Shown here: positions 1-11,132 of the stretch, piece after piece
Position numbering within the stretch: position 1 is the stretch's first letter
How the letters are laid out: each line of letters opens with the position of its first letter
Origin: a virus
Lineage: Duplodnaviria > Caudoviricetes
Strand: one strand, 5' to 3'
DNA length: 64,000 nucleotides
IMG/VR virus record: IMGVR_UViG_3300006217_000025
Location: 14,347-78,346 of that record
Translations under genes and position numbers: made by a program
The notes under the pieces: generated by a model
Seen by the model: only the letters and a program-made list of their open reading frames with translations
Told to the model about the DNA's origin: nothing
Database searches by the model: none

Positions 1-44
1 CATATTTTTTACCTCCTATTTTTTTGCATTTAAAAAGACAAGAT

Positions 45-824
45 TTATGTAATATACATATCTCTTGCCCAATTCAATTCTTTATCTAAATCTATGGACT
101 TTGTATCAATCATTCCCATATACATTCCTGTCATTAATGACGTAGCACTTTCATATATATGCAATCTTTTAATACAATCCATAAATTCGATTAAACCAAT
201 TTCCTTTAACTCTTCACGCTTATATTTAAATCCCGGATGATTTAAAGCAGCTGATATTAAAGGGAAAAGACGAGATGTTTTCCATCTTTGGTTTCTTCTT
301 TTTCTTTTGTCTATTTTAATATTTTCTTCATCTTCCCAAATCAAACTTTTTTTTGTTACTTTGTTTTTAGCAAATTCATTTTTGGGATGGATATCAAGAA
401 CAGCTCGTATATAGTCAATTAATTTTTTATATCCACATTCATCAATTTGTATATCTGCATTATTTAAATAAACTAACACTACGTGCGTTTCATTGTCGTC
501 TTCGCTATTCAATGTTACAGGATAAAGTTTGCTTAAATCAAAGTCTTTAAGAATAATTTGTGTTTTTGCTTTTGATAGCAGAGGAATTAGAATTTTGTAA
601 AACAACTCAAAATCAGTTAGATCATTCCAGTCAATGCCATTATTCCACAGCATCAATCTAAGGCTTGTTGTGTTAGCGCACAGTAAATAGGCCATATCCC
701 AAAATTGCTGTTCGCCATAGTCAATAATTTCTCCGATGGTAGGAATTCTTACAGAAATACCGTCAATAGGAGAATAGTCATATCTATAATACATTTTCAA
801 TATATCAAATGATTGATTCATCAA
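45..824 (-). CDS. Hypothetical virion/tail assembly protein
   Basis: 259-aa ORF in the structural operon; function from position only. Confidence 0.45.
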   Translation of the reverse strand: MMNQSFDILKMYYRYDYSPIDGISVRIPTIGEIIDYGEQQFWDMAYLLCANTTSLRLMLWNNGIDWNDLTDFELFYKILIPLLSKAKTQIILKDFDLSKLYPVTLNSEDDNETHVVLVYLNNADIQIDECGYKKLIDYIRAVLDIHPKNEFAKNKVTKKSLIWEDEENIKIDKRKRRNQRWKTSRLFPLISAALNHPGFKYKREELKEIGLIEFMDCIKRLHIYESATSLMTGMYMGMIDTKSIDLDKELNWARDMYIT

Positions 825-1402
825 AATTTATTCCTCACTTGATTTATTGTATTGTTTGGATTTTGAATGTTATAAACTAATTCTCTGTAATAATATCCTG
901 ATGTTGTTACATTTCCTCTGTCAGATTCTTTTCTTATTGTCATGCCCAATTCATTAGACCAATCTAGTTGCTCTTTAATAATCAATGCCAATAAATCGTG
1001 TCGAGAAATACTATAATCTGTTTCAATATCATCCTGATATGAAACTGTTCTAAATGTCAGTTTAGTTCCTATAACTTCGCCACCATATCCTATTTCATCA
1101 ACATCAAAGCATACATAGTTTTTAACTGTATCCTTTAACTCAGGTAGCCTTAAATAATCAAAAATATGAATATTTCTGTACGCATCACCGTTAGATACTG
1201 GAATAGAACCATGAAGGGCAGATAATAAATCTTCATTGTGTGTAAGTAACTGCATAATCTTATACTTATATCTAAAAACACTATCCATACTGATACATTG
1301 ATTATTCCCTTGAGTTATATCTTTTCCCATACTCCGATTCAAAACATCTTGTAACTCAAAAGATAAAATTGGTTCTTTTTCTTTTGGATCAAAAATTACC
1401 AT
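821..1402 (-). CDS. Putative neck/tail-terminator protein
   Basis: 193-aa ORF with GGAGG SD; position in head-tail block. Confidence 0.4.
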   Translation of the reverse strand: MVIFDPKEKEPILSFELQDVLNRSMGKDITQGNNQCISMDSVFRYKYKIMQLLTHNEDLLSALHGSIPVSNGDAYRNIHIFDYLRLPELKDTVKNYVCFDVDEIGYGGEVIGTKLTFRTVSYQDDIETDYSISRHDLLALIIKEQLDWSNELGMTIRKESDRGNVTTSGYYYRELVYNIQNPNNTINQVRNKF

Positions 1403-2574
1403 TATAACTTTACCTCCATTTCAATAGTATCGCTATTACTGTTATTAAACACTTTAATTGATACAATATATCCAACCATATTTTTATTTGTACATGCTAT
1501 ATCAATAGAAGTAGGGGATATGCTTATATCAAAATAATCTGTTAAATCTTCTATCTGATATTCAACATTATCAATATATATATGGAAATCACAAACTTCT
1601 TCTGTATCTATATTTTTAGTTGCATTAACCGTAACAGCTGTCCCATTAACATATACATATTTGTCGCTAGATTCAAGTTTCCATACTAATTCTTCACTTT
1701 CATCAGTTTCAATAGGTGGTAAGCCCTTTGATGTGATACAATCGCAAATATTGTGATAGTTATCACCAAACCCGGTAGGCAAATTTGGAATAGGTAAATC
1801 GAATACAAAATCCCAATCTTTTAAATCGTTTATTTTACCACTAAAATCAGTATGGGGATTGAATAACCTTTCTTTTAGGTATATCTGTGTTGTACCAAGA
1901 GGAGAGGTGTCTTTAATCTTGACAGCCTCATATACTTGGGGGTTGTTGATATTATCACTGATAATAAATCGATGACCTAATTTAATAGTATTCACAATTT
2001 GATTTGATGGTAAAATAACAGACATTTCGTCATTTATTGTTGTTCCGCCAACATTAGAATCATTAATTAGATTTTTCATAGAGGAGTCTTTTGCATCTCG
2101 AATAACTGCTAAACAATTATGATATTTATTATGAGTAACCCATTCTAAACACCAATTGCATTTATAAGCATTGTATCTATCAAAAGCAACCCTGTCATCT
2201 TTATTTACAATTAACCATTTCTCGTATATATTTTTTTGATAATCATATACATCAATATAAAAGCCAAATCTTTCACGTTTATCCTGTTTATAATATAAAT
2301 TCATATATTCAAACTCTGGATTAACATTTGGTCTGAAATGAACATAATATTCAATCTCTTCTTGATCCGCTCTATGTGTTAGATGCTTTTCAAAAGAGAA
2401 TTCTATATCATCAATATAATTCATGTCCCAATCATAAATTTTGCCTTTTTGATAATTTCTATCGTTAGTGAATGTTTTATTCTTGATATAGTCTGACTCG
2501 TCAATCAATCTGCCCCCCAGAGCACCGTTGCGCTCTAAAATTAAATTCATTCTTTTATTAAATAAATTCAACAT
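1402..2574 (-). CDS. Putative head-closure/neck structural protein
   Basis: 390-aa ORF coupled to its neighbours in the structural operon. Confidence 0.4.
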   Translation of the reverse strand: MLNLFNKRMNLILERNGALGGRLIDESDYIKNKTFTNDRNYQKGKIYDWDMNYIDDIEFSFEKHLTHRADQEEIEYYVHFRPNVNPEFEYMNLYYKQDKRERFGFYIDVYDYQKNIYEKWLIVNKDDRVAFDRYNAYKCNWCLEWVTHNKYHNCLAVIRDAKDSSMKNLINDSNVGGTTINDEMSVILPSNQIVNTIKLGHRFIISDNINNPQVYEAVKIKDTSPLGTTQIYLKERLFNPHTDFSGKINDLKDWDFVFDLPIPNLPTGFGDNYHNICDCITSKGLPPIETDESEELVWKLESSDKYVYVNGTAVTVNATKNIDTEEVCDFHIYIDNVEYQIEDLTDYFDISISPTSIDIACTNKNMVGYIVSIKVFNNSNSDTIEMEVKL

Positions 2575-2897
2575 TGCTGTTCAACTTTTTCATTATTGAT
2601 TCTATCAATTAGTTCATGCATATCAAAAATCAATTTTCTATAAATTTTAAAGTTAAATTCTTGTTGTAAAAATTCAATTTTGGCAGATTCAACTAAATTC
2701 ATAATTTCTAAAATTTGAGTAGGGTACAAAAGCAATTCATTTAACCCATTTAATCTTAATTGGACTTTATCAATATAGTCTAATAAAAGATTCGGTGCTT
2801 CTTCAGCATAGACTAAAAGCCAATGCACTAAACTATGTAGCCTTTTCTTATAATCGTTCAATTGATTTTTTGGCACATAACCATATTTATAATTCAT
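2568..2897 (-). CDS. Hypothetical protein
   Basis: 109-aa ORF, overlapping/coupled. Confidence 0.5.
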   Translation of the reverse strand: MNYKYGYVPKNQLNDYKKRLHSLVHWLLVYAEEAPNLLLDYIDKVQLRLNGLNELLLYPTQILEIMNLVESAKIEFLQQEFNFKIYRKLIFDMHELIDRINNEKVEQQC

Positions 2898-2901
2898 TTT
2901 A

Positions 2902-3342
2902 CTAATCCTTTAAGTAGGGATTGTTATTTAATCCCCAACCTCTAAATAATTTTCTTGCTCTTAAACGAACATCCTCTTGAGCTTTCATCATCATATCTAA
3001 ATGATTTTTTTGAGATTCCCATTTTTCATCTTTAGATGTAACAAATAGCAACGTATGTTCTAAAGAATTGATTTTTGATTCATACCAAGCTACTACCATA
3101 TACATAGAGACTAACACAATTTCATTTCTGTCTAAATTTGATACAAATTCTTCAATTTCATCGTCTTTTTCAAAGGAATTTTTAATTTTCAATCCTTCCA
3201 ATTCTATGTAAGCAAGAGCATCATCAAGCCAACCCAATAGTATTTTTGATTGATCTTTCTTAGTAAACTTAGGTAAATCCTTATCTTCAATTCTTCTCGA
3301 AAAGGCTTTATAAATAGTTTTGTAAGGCGTACCCATTTTCAA
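2902..3342 (-). CDS. Putative head-tail adaptor protein
   Basis: 146-aa helical ORF downstream of the capsid genes. Confidence 0.45.
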   Translation of the reverse strand: MKMGTPYKTIYKAFSRRIEDKDLPKFTKKDQSKILLGWLDDALAYIELEGLKIKNSFEKDDEIEEFVSNLDRNEIVLVSMYMVVAWYESKINSLEHTLLFVTSKDEKWESQKNHLDMMMKAQEDVRLRARKLFRGWGLNNNPYLKD

Positions 3343-3348
3343 TTACAA

Positions 3349-3933
3349 TTATTGTAGTAAACAACGCAGGTCTTTACCACAAATTTCATCAATTGCTTTT
3401 ATTTTTTGTAATGAATCAAATTCATCATTATGAATTCTAGTTGCTACTTCTTCTACTAAAGCCTCTGCATATCCTTTAGGTAGTTCTTCTAACATATTTC
3501 TAAACTCTGTATTTGATAAAGATAGTAATTTATCAATATCTGCTGATTTAGCTGTCTCATACATCTTTTTAATGTCTTTCCAGCGTGGCTGTTCTAAGAA
3601 TTCCTCATCTTCAATAACAAATAAAGGCTCGTATAAATACTTTGATTTTTTGGCTTTTAAAGAGTTTAAATCTCTGACTTCAACTTCACAGGTGTCGTCT
3701 CTATTTGCAAATACGTATCTGCTTTCAGATTTAGCCCCAATATGAATAAGTTTACCACCAGTAATTGAACGACACATAATCATATCATCTTCTTTATAAA
3801 CTCTTGGTTGTTTAATTTCTTCTACAGAAATCACTTTTTGCTCTTTTCCCTTTTCTAGTTTTACTGTTTCATCATTGCCCACATCTGCGGATTTAGATTT
3901 AGCAGCTTCTTTTGTAGTTGGTTTTGTTGTCAT
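3349..3933 (-). CDS. Hypothetical virion protein
   Basis: 194-aa ORF with GGAG SD, directly after the capsid gene. Confidence 0.5.
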   Translation of the reverse strand: MTTKPTTKEAAKSKSADVGNDETVKLEKGKEQKVISVEEIKQPRVYKEDDMIMCRSITGGKLIHIGAKSESRYVFANRDDTCEVEVRDLNSLKAKKSKYLYEPLFVIEDEEFLEQPRWKDIKKMYETAKSADIDKLLSLSNTEFRNMLEELPKGYAEALVEEVATRIHNDEFDSLQKIKAIDEICGKDLRCLLQ

Positions 3934-3961
3934 TTTGTTTATCTCTCCTTTTAATCATCAT

Positions 3962-3993
3962 TTAAAAGAAAAGGGGAGCATATTAGCTCCTCT
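3962..3993 (-). terminator. Rho-independent terminator after the major capsid gene
   Basis: Minus strand GGAGC-TAATAT-GCTCC followed by a T-rich run. Confidence 0.6.
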
Positions 3994-4001
3994 CATCTCT
4001 A

Positions 4002-5096
4002 TTATTCAGCAATTTTAATTTGACCGAACTTTCTGTTAATTACAGTTGCAACACCCATTTTTTGTTGGTATTCAGCTTCCATTGTCATGTCTCTGTTTTT
4101 ATTAGAATCTGTATTTTCGAAGAATTGGGCTGAACCTTCATTAACAACTTTAATAAACTTATTATCCGTTAAAGGCATTACTAACAATTTATTATTATCT
4201 ACTAGTTTCTTAGTAGTGTCATTTAGTCCGAATGCTTGTGGAATTTCATATAAGCCATAGCCTTCCCATACGCCTAATCGCCCTGTTGTGTGTCTTTCAT
4301 TTTTCATGTCATTTGAAATCCAATTAACATCTTGAATAGAACTTAATTTAGCTAACGCTGCCTTTGTACCCATAAATACAACTTCACAACCATTTGCTAA
4401 ACCAACATCATCTGCTAGTTCGATAATTTCATCTTTATTTGCCGAAACTAATTGTAATGTTTTTGTAAATTGAGAAGTAGGCAACACTTTATCGCCAGCA
4501 GACATAATTGCTTCGTGCAACATACCATTCATTTTGTAGTCAAAAGCTTGATAGATCTTTTGAACAAATGTTGCCCAATCAATCTTGCCAGACATAAAAT
4601 GCTCAAATTCTGCGTATATCTTCACTCCATAATGTGAAATTTTAACTGAGAAAGTTTGGCCTTCCCCTAAACGTTGTCTGATAAGATTATGATGTCCGCC
4701 AGAAATTTCGCTTACCGTTAAAATAACTTCATCTTTTACATAAAATTCATTAGTATCTCCGGCATCTAAATTTTTATATTCTACAAATTTATCAAAGAAA
4801 TCAGTATTAATCCATCCAGTTTCTAATAAATTTGGAACAATTTCCTCAATGATTTCATAAATATCTATTTTATGTCTACGAATAGCTTTACGTAATTCCT
4901 TCTTACTAGTATCTTCGCTGATGCCTAAAACTTCATTGAATACTTCTCTGATTCCATCATTTGCTTCATCAGCAGAATAATTTGATTTAATTTGGTTAGT
5001 TGCTGTATCTACTGTTAGTCTAACAAATTCATTTAAATCACGTTGAGCAAAAACTTCTCTTGTACTAGGGTTTGAAAAACTCATTCTTTTAGTCAT
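4002..5096 (-). CDS. Major capsid protein (SPbeta YonB-like)
   Basis: 364 aa, AGGAGG SD, after protease and decoration genes, followed by a terminator. Confidence 0.75.
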   Translation of the reverse strand: MTKRMSFSNPSTREVFAQRDLNEFVRLTVDTATNQIKSNYSADEANDGIREVFNEVLGISEDTSKKELRKAIRRHKIDIYEIIEEIVPNLLETGWINTDFFDKFVEYKNLDAGDTNEFYVKDEVILTVSEISGGHHNLIRQRLGEGQTFSVKISHYGVKIYAEFEHFMSGKIDWATFVQKIYQAFDYKMNGMLHEAIMSAGDKVLPTSQFTKTLQLVSANKDEIIELADDVGLANGCEVVFMGTKAALAKLSSIQDVNWISNDMKNERHTTGRLGVWEGYGLYEIPQAFGLNDTTKKLVDNNKLLVMPLTDNKFIKVVNEGSAQFFENTDSNKNRDMTMEAEYQQKMGVATVINRKFGQIKIAE

Positions 5097-5116
5097 TATT
5101 TTTATCCTCCTTTCTA

Positions 5117-5593
5117 TTAAGCTACCTTTTTAACCAATTTACCGTTTGTATTAGCTGTAACAATATCTCCGACTTCTGGAACGGCAGCGAATCCTTCTGC
5201 TGATAGCTCAAAAATATCATTGATGTCTAATTCATAAGAACGTACAATATCACCTTCGACATTGTAGAAATTACTTTCATGTTGCATTTGAGTTGTATAT
5301 TCGTGGTATATTGTAGGTACTTGTAAAATCAATAAGGCACCTGCTGGTACTTTTACTTCAACGTAGAAGTTACCATTAGATGCCTTATCAAGTACAATTG
5401 CCTCAAAATCTGTAGGAGTTGCCCCTTGTTTATAAACATCAGGTCGCACGTACTCTCCTTTAGAAATTATTGTGCCGTTGTCCATATCTGAAGATAAAAG
5501 GATATTGTGAATATGTTCACCATATGTAGCCTTTAACTTAGAACTTCCGCAAACAGCATGTTTAGTCTCAAAATTTAAAAATGAAACAGCCAT
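5117..5593 (-). CDS. Putative capsid decoration/minor head protein
   Basis: 158 aa between protease/scaffold and capsid. Confidence 0.5.
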   Translation of the reverse strand: MAVSFLNFETKHAVCGSSKLKATYGEHIHNILLSSDMDNGTIISKGEYVRPDVYKQGATPTDFEAIVLDKASNGNFYVEVKVPAGALLILQVPTIYHEYTTQMQHESNFYNVEGDIVRSYELDINDIFELSAEGFAAVPEVGDIVTANTNGKLVKKVA

Positions 5594-5607
5594 TATATAA
5601 GCCTCCT

Positions 5608-7278
5608 TTATTTATCTTTTAATATTGTTCCATAAGGATTCTTTTTATGTTCCTTACTTGGTAATCCAAATTGTTTTCTTGTTATTTTATTAGACTCTTT
5701 TGTATCAAATTGCCCAATTTCTCTAACACATTTAGCAAAGGCAATTTCTGCTTTATCCTTTAATTCGGCAACAGAATATTGAGATTTATTTGTAATTAAT
5801 TCTTTGAATTCCTTTGTTTCTAAATATGTTTGATAATGTTCTTCTGCAAATACTTTATCTTTTTCAGCATTTAAAGCTTCTGCTTCATAAGAATTAACTT
5901 TTTCTTGTAAAACAGTATAATTAGAGCGCATTGTTTCTAACTCGACTTTTTCTGATTCCGTTAAGAATTCTCGATACAATTTATATCTTTCTCCATCTAA
6001 AGAGATATTGTCCCCGTCTTTAATATATTTGCACCCATAGATAGAACCGTTTCGGCATCCTTCAAAGACAAATCTGTCATCATAAACAACAGAAATCCAA
6101 TACCAATCGTTGTCTAATTCTTCAAACTGTTCAATTAAAGCATAAAGTCCGCTTCGAATATCTTCATGACTTAATTCAAATGTGACTGAAACGTCTCCAT
6201 TTTCTAAAACTTCATATTTTTTAGAATTCGATGTTTTTTTCTTTTTATCATCGTCAATAACTTCTGGTTCATTATCTTTTGCTGTCTCTGTTGGTTCGCT
6301 GGTTTCGTCATCTTCAGAAGAAGTATCATCAGGTTCATCATCTGTTACTTCAAACAATTCCGCAAACTTAGCTTCTAGTTCTTCATCTGACAATCCTTCA
6401 ATTTCAAATGAAATATCTTCCTGTGTTTTGCCATATTTATTTAATAACTCTTCAAGTTTATTCATATCATGACCTCCTTCCTTTGAATTTTGAATATTGA
6501 AACTTAGTAGAGTAGAGTTAAGCTTCTCTAAAGTATCAACCAATTTTTCGTTTAGATTTTTTTGTGTAAATAACGAATTATTTTTCACACTAAAATCCTC
6601 AATATCAGCTCTTGATCCCAACATTCCTTCTTTGACTTCGGTTTCTGTTCCGTCTGAATAAACGTGAGTTCCCAACAAAGTAACGCCCTCATATCTGTAA
6701 TCTTGAATTTCCAAATATTTTTCTTTTGCGTTGTAAGAAAATGAATAAATTAAAATCTCACAACTGACTTTTGTACCGCCTTTTCTACGTATGATGGATG
6801 CAGTAGGGGTGTAAGATTCAGGGATCATTGCATAAGCACAAATATAAGTTTTATCTTGCTTTTCGTCATATTCTAAAAATGGTTTTTCCTGAGTGAATGC
6901 CCCTACCTGTTTTTCAATATAGTTAATTTCTTCTTCACCATTTTCATTTGTGACAATTTCCATATTATGACTATCAAAATCATATTCTCCATTACTTAGT
7001 TGATGAATTGCAGCCAAAACTGGACGCATTTTCAAAGATGACATAGCTTTCTTAGCTACTTCCTCTTTAATGAAAGACCTATTTTCGTTCAATAAAGTAT
7101 GGGAAGTTTTAATCTTTAACCTCATCAAACCATCAGCACTATTTTCTTCAGTTGATTCATATGTAGTAGGAATTTGTACTGCTAAAGAAAACCCCGATTT
7201 TTTTGATGAGAACTCATTAAATTGATAGGTTTCACAGAAATTAACCAAATCTGAAATTGTTAACAATTTCTTTGTCAT
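5608..7278 (-). CDS. Prohead protease/scaffold fusion
   Basis: 556 aa; N-terminal protease-like region, acidic linker and coiled-coil C-terminus; upstream of capsid. Confidence 0.65.
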   Translation of the reverse strand: MTKKLLTISDLVNFCETYQFNEFSSKKSGFSLAVQIPTTYESTEENSADGLMRLKIKTSHTLLNENRSFIKEEVAKKAMSSLKMRPVLAAIHQLSNGEYDFDSHNMEIVTNENGEEEINYIEKQVGAFTQEKPFLEYDEKQDKTYICAYAMIPESYTPTASIIRRKGGTKVSCEILIYSFSYNAKEKYLEIQDYRYEGVTLLGTHVYSDGTETEVKEGMLGSRADIEDFSVKNNSLFTQKNLNEKLVDTLEKLNSTLLSFNIQNSKEGGHDMNKLEELLNKYGKTQEDISFEIEGLSDEELEAKFAELFEVTDDEPDDTSSEDDETSEPTETAKDNEPEVIDDDKKKKTSNSKKYEVLENGDVSVTFELSHEDIRSGLYALIEQFEELDNDWYWISVVYDDRFVFEGCRNGSIYGCKYIKDGDNISLDGERYKLYREFLTESEKVELETMRSNYTVLQEKVNSYEAEALNAEKDKVFAEEHYQTYLETKEFKELITNKSQYSVAELKDKAEIAFAKCVREIGQFDTKESNKITRKQFGLPSKEHKKNPYGTILKDK

Positions 7279-7334
7279 GATGTCCTCCTTTCAATTAAAA
7301 TAAAAAAATATCTCACAAGAGGAATATGAGATAA

Positions 7335-7517
7335 TTAAAAATACATTTTATTCGTATATACAATTTTTAATTTGCTTTTGTCAAAATGGCTAATTTTATG
7401 ATTGTTTATAAATGTATAAAATTCCCCATTTTTAGACAATTCTTGAAATCCAAGTTTTTTTAATACTTGTCTACTATTATCATCTTTAGTTAAGATAAAA
7501 TTGTTTGTATTATCCAT
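7335..7517 (-). CDS. Small hypothetical protein
   Basis: 60 aa, coupled to the portal stop; followed by hairpin ATCTCA...TGAGAT and a T run. Confidence 0.5.
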   Translation of the reverse strand: MDNTNNFILTKDDNSRQVLKKLGFQELSKNGEFYTFINNHKISHFDKSKLKIVYTNKMYF

Positions 7518-9037
7518 TATTCATTTGCCTCCCGTTTATCTCTAGAAGCTTCACCGGAATCAGACATATCATTGCCGGATTCTTCTGATGTAGGTCTTCC
7601 GACAACTAACTCATTACCATTAGATGTGCTCGATGTTGCTAGAGGAACAAACAAACTTTGAAGATTCAGAGCTTGATTGAATTTTGCCATAGATATAGTT
7701 TCAAGTTCAGAGAAACCATTCAATGTATTTAATAGCATAGCCACAGGGGCACCAAAATTCATATCCTTGATAAGACTATCTTTATATTCTTTTTTTGTAT
7801 ATTTAGTTACTTCTAAAAATTTAACTTTAGCTGGATTTTTCAATTGATAGCTCAGCCATCTGTTTAACCAAGCTTCTGTTTGAGGTAATAATGAACTAAT
7901 TGCATAGTCTTCATCACTTTTAATTGCAGCACTATATGCTGTTGTACCTTGAGGTGGACATAATGTTTGAACCCCTCCAGATGTAGTTAGTACAGCTTTT
8001 GTTGCATTTTCTATTTTGCTAACATCTTGTGCTTGATCATGATTAAATTCAATTGTTTCGATTTCCACAGGACTAACAATTTTCTCCGTATAGTCTGGTG
8101 CTTCAAATCTATTAGCATATTCGACCGTAGTGGTTGGGTCAACTGCAAAATCATTGACTTCTTTACTGCCACTGATTAAAGGCATTCGGAAAACTAACAA
8201 TTTATAAATTTGCATTTCATCTGCGATTGCGGTTATTTCGTTTAAATCCTCAAGATTAATTAGACTATTAAATAAAGCAATGTAAGGTGGGAGAGGGGTT
8301 TCCCAGTCATCTATATTAACTTTCAGACACAAGCAGTTTTTGTCTGGCATAGGTTGCCATCTTCCTTTAACTGTATTTTTCTGATACTCTTTATACATAG
8401 AAGTAAATGGTTCTCCCCACATTTCAAGTTGCTCTTTTCTACGAGTAAAATATGCCATGTCCATATCAAAAGCCAAATCACCTGTTGGATATATAGCAGT
8501 TACTTTACAGTAATCTGGATCTAAGGGTAGAACAAAGAATCCGGTATCATCAGAATATACACATCCATAAAATACGTCTTCTCGCCAACAAACAATATAC
8601 GCTTTTAATAATTCTAATGGTAAATTCATTTTGTTAATCAATAAAGATGTTTCATAAAATGAATTCAGCAAATCATCTGTTTTCGCTTCTTTTTTATAAT
8701 TAGTATTTATTGGTATTATCGTTCTTAGATTCAAATCAATCATGTTAGCGTTATAATGAATTATTCTTCGATATACTTGTGAACGATAGTACAAATATCT
8801 ACTTAAGTTTCTTAAATTCACATAGTTTGAAAGAGGGTTTTTTAAGAATGTTCTAAGCTGTTCTTTGTTAAAGGTGCTAAACACTTTAGTGTTTGAGGAA
8901 CTCGGATCAAGCATTTGTAAAGCTTCTTTAGAGCGTTCAAAATTTTCTAAGTTTGCTTTGTTTTTAGCGTACCATTCTCTTATTTCTGAAACGCTTGGTG
9001 AATTTGGAGTGCCAATCTTTTCTTCATTATTATCTAT
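7517..9037 (-). CDS. Portal protein (probable ATA start at 9037)
   Basis: Lies between terminase and protease. The frame is open upstream of the track start (8914) to an ATA 7 nt after GGAGGG (9045-9050). Confidence 0.7.
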   Translation of the reverse strand: MDNNEEKIGTPNSPSVSEIREWYAKNKANLENFERSKEALQMLDPSSSNTKVFSTFNKEQLRTFLKNPLSNYVNLRNLSRYLYYRSQVYRRIIHYNANMIDLNLRTIIPINTNYKKEAKTDDLLNSFYETSLLINKMNLPLELLKAYIVCWREDVFYGCVYSDDTGFFVLPLDPDYCKVTAIYPTGDLAFDMDMAYFTRRKEQLEMWGEPFTSMYKEYQKNTVKGRWQPMPDKNCLCLKVNIDDWETPLPPYIALFNSLINLEDLNEITAIADEMQIYKLLVFRMPLISGSKEVNDFAVDPTTTVEYANRFEAPDYTEKIVSPVEIETIEFNHDQAQDVSKIENATKAVLTTSGGVQTLCPPQGTTAYSAAIKSDEDYAISSLLPQTEAWLNRWLSYQLKNPAKVKFLEVTKYTKKEYKDSLIKDMNFGAPVAMLLNTLNGFSELETISMAKFNQALNLQSLFVPLATSSTSNGNELVVGRPTSEESGNDMSDSGEASRDKREANE

Positions 9038-9054
9038 AATATAACCCTCCTTTC

Positions 9055-11130
9055 TTAATTGAACTTATATTTTCGTGTTGCTTTCTTATTATTTGAATAC
9101 AACAAGTCTATTAAACTGCTCGTTGTATTTTTTTTTTGTTTTCTACTTCGTAAACTTTCTTCACGTCTTGTTTGATATAAGGCATATCCTAGCATTGCAG
9201 TAACATAGGCTTTATCATCATGAATTCTATTTCTTTTTTCTGGTGCAAGTTCAAAACTGTCTTTAGTTCCAGTTTTTTTAATACGAACCATATTGACTAA
9301 TTCTTCTTTTAAAGAATCTATGTTCCCGAGTGCCGCTTCATCTTGAATATCCAATCTAACATTTTGAGTATCTATAATATCCGATTTAGTAATTTCATTT
9401 TCAATAATTTGATTAATTTCTTCATCTGTTTTACCTTTATTCTTGTGCTTAGATATCAAATCCTTACGAATTTTGGCAACTTTTTTTTCATCTCTGTTTA
9501 CAATGGTGAGATATCCTTTATTGTCATATGTAGCCGTAAATTTTAAATGATTTTCAGTAATCATTTGTATTAATGCCTCATACATATCAGCTTTATATTG
9601 TCCGGGATTTAATAGCTTTACTTTATCTATGGCTTCTGGAAACATTTTGGCTTCGTCTCCAGAATATTTTTTATCAATAAGACCTCTATGCAATTCTCCA
9701 TTAGAATCAGTCCAATCAAATCTTAAGAAATCAGCAATAGCTAAAGCTTGCCCTCCAGAGCCAGCATCAATATAAACACCTAAAATATTGCTATAGTGTT
9801 CATCTCCCCCTTGATTATAATCCAATATAATTTCACGAAGTGCATTAATTTGATTAGGTATATTCATAGGTTTTTTATCTTTTTTTAAATAATCAAACAA
9901 AGTAATGCAATTGACAATACGTGCTTCATACCCTTTGTTTTTTTCAAAATAAACTTCCCCAACTAAAACAACAGAATTATCTGTCATACGAGCAGGGTCA
10001 TAACAAATAAAAAACTTTTTTTCCCCAGTATCATTATAGAGTAGGGGACGTCGCACTTCTTCATTCCTTGCAATCATACTCCTTCTAATAATTGCATCTT
10101 TTCCTGCGTCTGAAGTGAATTCACAATAATATTCTCTACGTGCCTTTTCTGGATTAGTTTTTAATGCTGTATCTATTTTATCTTGAGTTAAAGCAGATTT
10201 CATTGGTTTTCCTTTTACTGTAGGGTTCATCACTAAGTCGCAATCAATATGTGCTACAAAGTAGTTTGGATCACCAATTATCATTTTTTTTGTAAATTCA
10301 ACATATAATCTATAAAATTCTGTATCTGTGCTTGAGGCAGATGACACATAAATCAATTGATTCGGTATTTCTTTTGGCAGAGTAGCATAGTGGACATAAT
10401 CCATATCAGAACCATCGTCGTTAACTCCAGTCTTAAATCCCTTTTCAACAGCACAGAATGCTTCATATACTTTAATTAAGTCTGCTGGTAAAAATCCACA
10501 CTCATCGAATATAACACAATCTGCTCGAGCTCCACGATTTTTATCTACTGATGAGTTCAAAGTCATAGTAAATGCACCATTAAACAAATTATAGGTAAAC
10601 CCAGCAGGATTATGGCTAAAACCATCACCGCTAGCAGCATTGATTTCAACTTCATTTTTAAATATTGATCCAGTGCTGTTTAATAAACTTGAAATTCTAT
10701 CATTTGCTATGTCCTCTAATTTTTTAAAGGTGGTAGCAGATTGTTGACCACTACCCGAAGCAATATAACAATTCCAAGGGTAACTAGAAAGCATCTGTTT
10801 CGACATAATAAATAATACAACTAAAAAAGACTTCCCATAGGCACGAGAAGCGACCAATAAAACGTTCTGAGTATTCCACATACTCTGAATAATGTAGGAC
10901 TGACTGTCAATCAATTGTATATTAAAAAAGTCCCTGATAAATCTAACAGGATTTTCTTGATAATATTTTCTATACTTTGCTATTCTTTTATACCCTTGTA
11001 CTTTTCTTGAACTTAATGAAAATTCTTTATTAGGAGCATATAAATGTTTAACCCCAAGTATTTCTCTAACAAAATCAGCTCCATACACACATTGTTGGGC
11101 AATCCGGTCATCATAAAAATCCACTAACAT
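9055..11130 (-). CDS. Terminase large subunit
   Basis: Walker A-like ASRAYGKS, Walker B IFDECG, C-terminal nuclease motifs YDPAR and HDD. Confidence 0.9.
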   Translation of the reverse strand: MLVDFYDDRIAQQCVYGADFVREILGVKHLYAPNKEFSLSSRKVQGYKRIAKYRKYYQENPVRFIRDFFNIQLIDSQSYIIQSMWNTQNVLLVASRAYGKSFLVVLFIMSKQMLSSYPWNCYIASGSGQQSATTFKKLEDIANDRISSLLNSTGSIFKNEVEINAASGDGFSHNPAGFTYNLFNGAFTMTLNSSVDKNRGARADCVIFDECGFLPADLIKVYEAFCAVEKGFKTGVNDDGSDMDYVHYATLPKEIPNQLIYVSSASSTDTEFYRLYVEFTKKMIIGDPNYFVAHIDCDLVMNPTVKGKPMKSALTQDKIDTALKTNPEKARREYYCEFTSDAGKDAIIRRSMIARNEEVRRPLLYNDTGEKKFFICYDPARMTDNSVVLVGEVYFEKNKGYEARIVNCITLFDYLKKDKKPMNIPNQINALREIILDYNQGGDEHYSNILGVYIDAGSGGQALAIADFLRFDWTDSNGELHRGLIDKKYSGDEAKMFPEAIDKVKLLNPGQYKADMYEALIQMITENHLKFTATYDNKGYLTIVNRDEKKVAKIRKDLISKHKNKGKTDEEINQIIENEITKSDIIDTQNVRLDIQDEAALGNIDSLKEELVNMVRIKKTGTKDSFELAPEKRNRIHDDKAYVTAMLGYALYQTRREESLRSRKQKKNTTSSLIDLLYSNNKKATRKYKFN

Positions 11131-11132
11131 AA

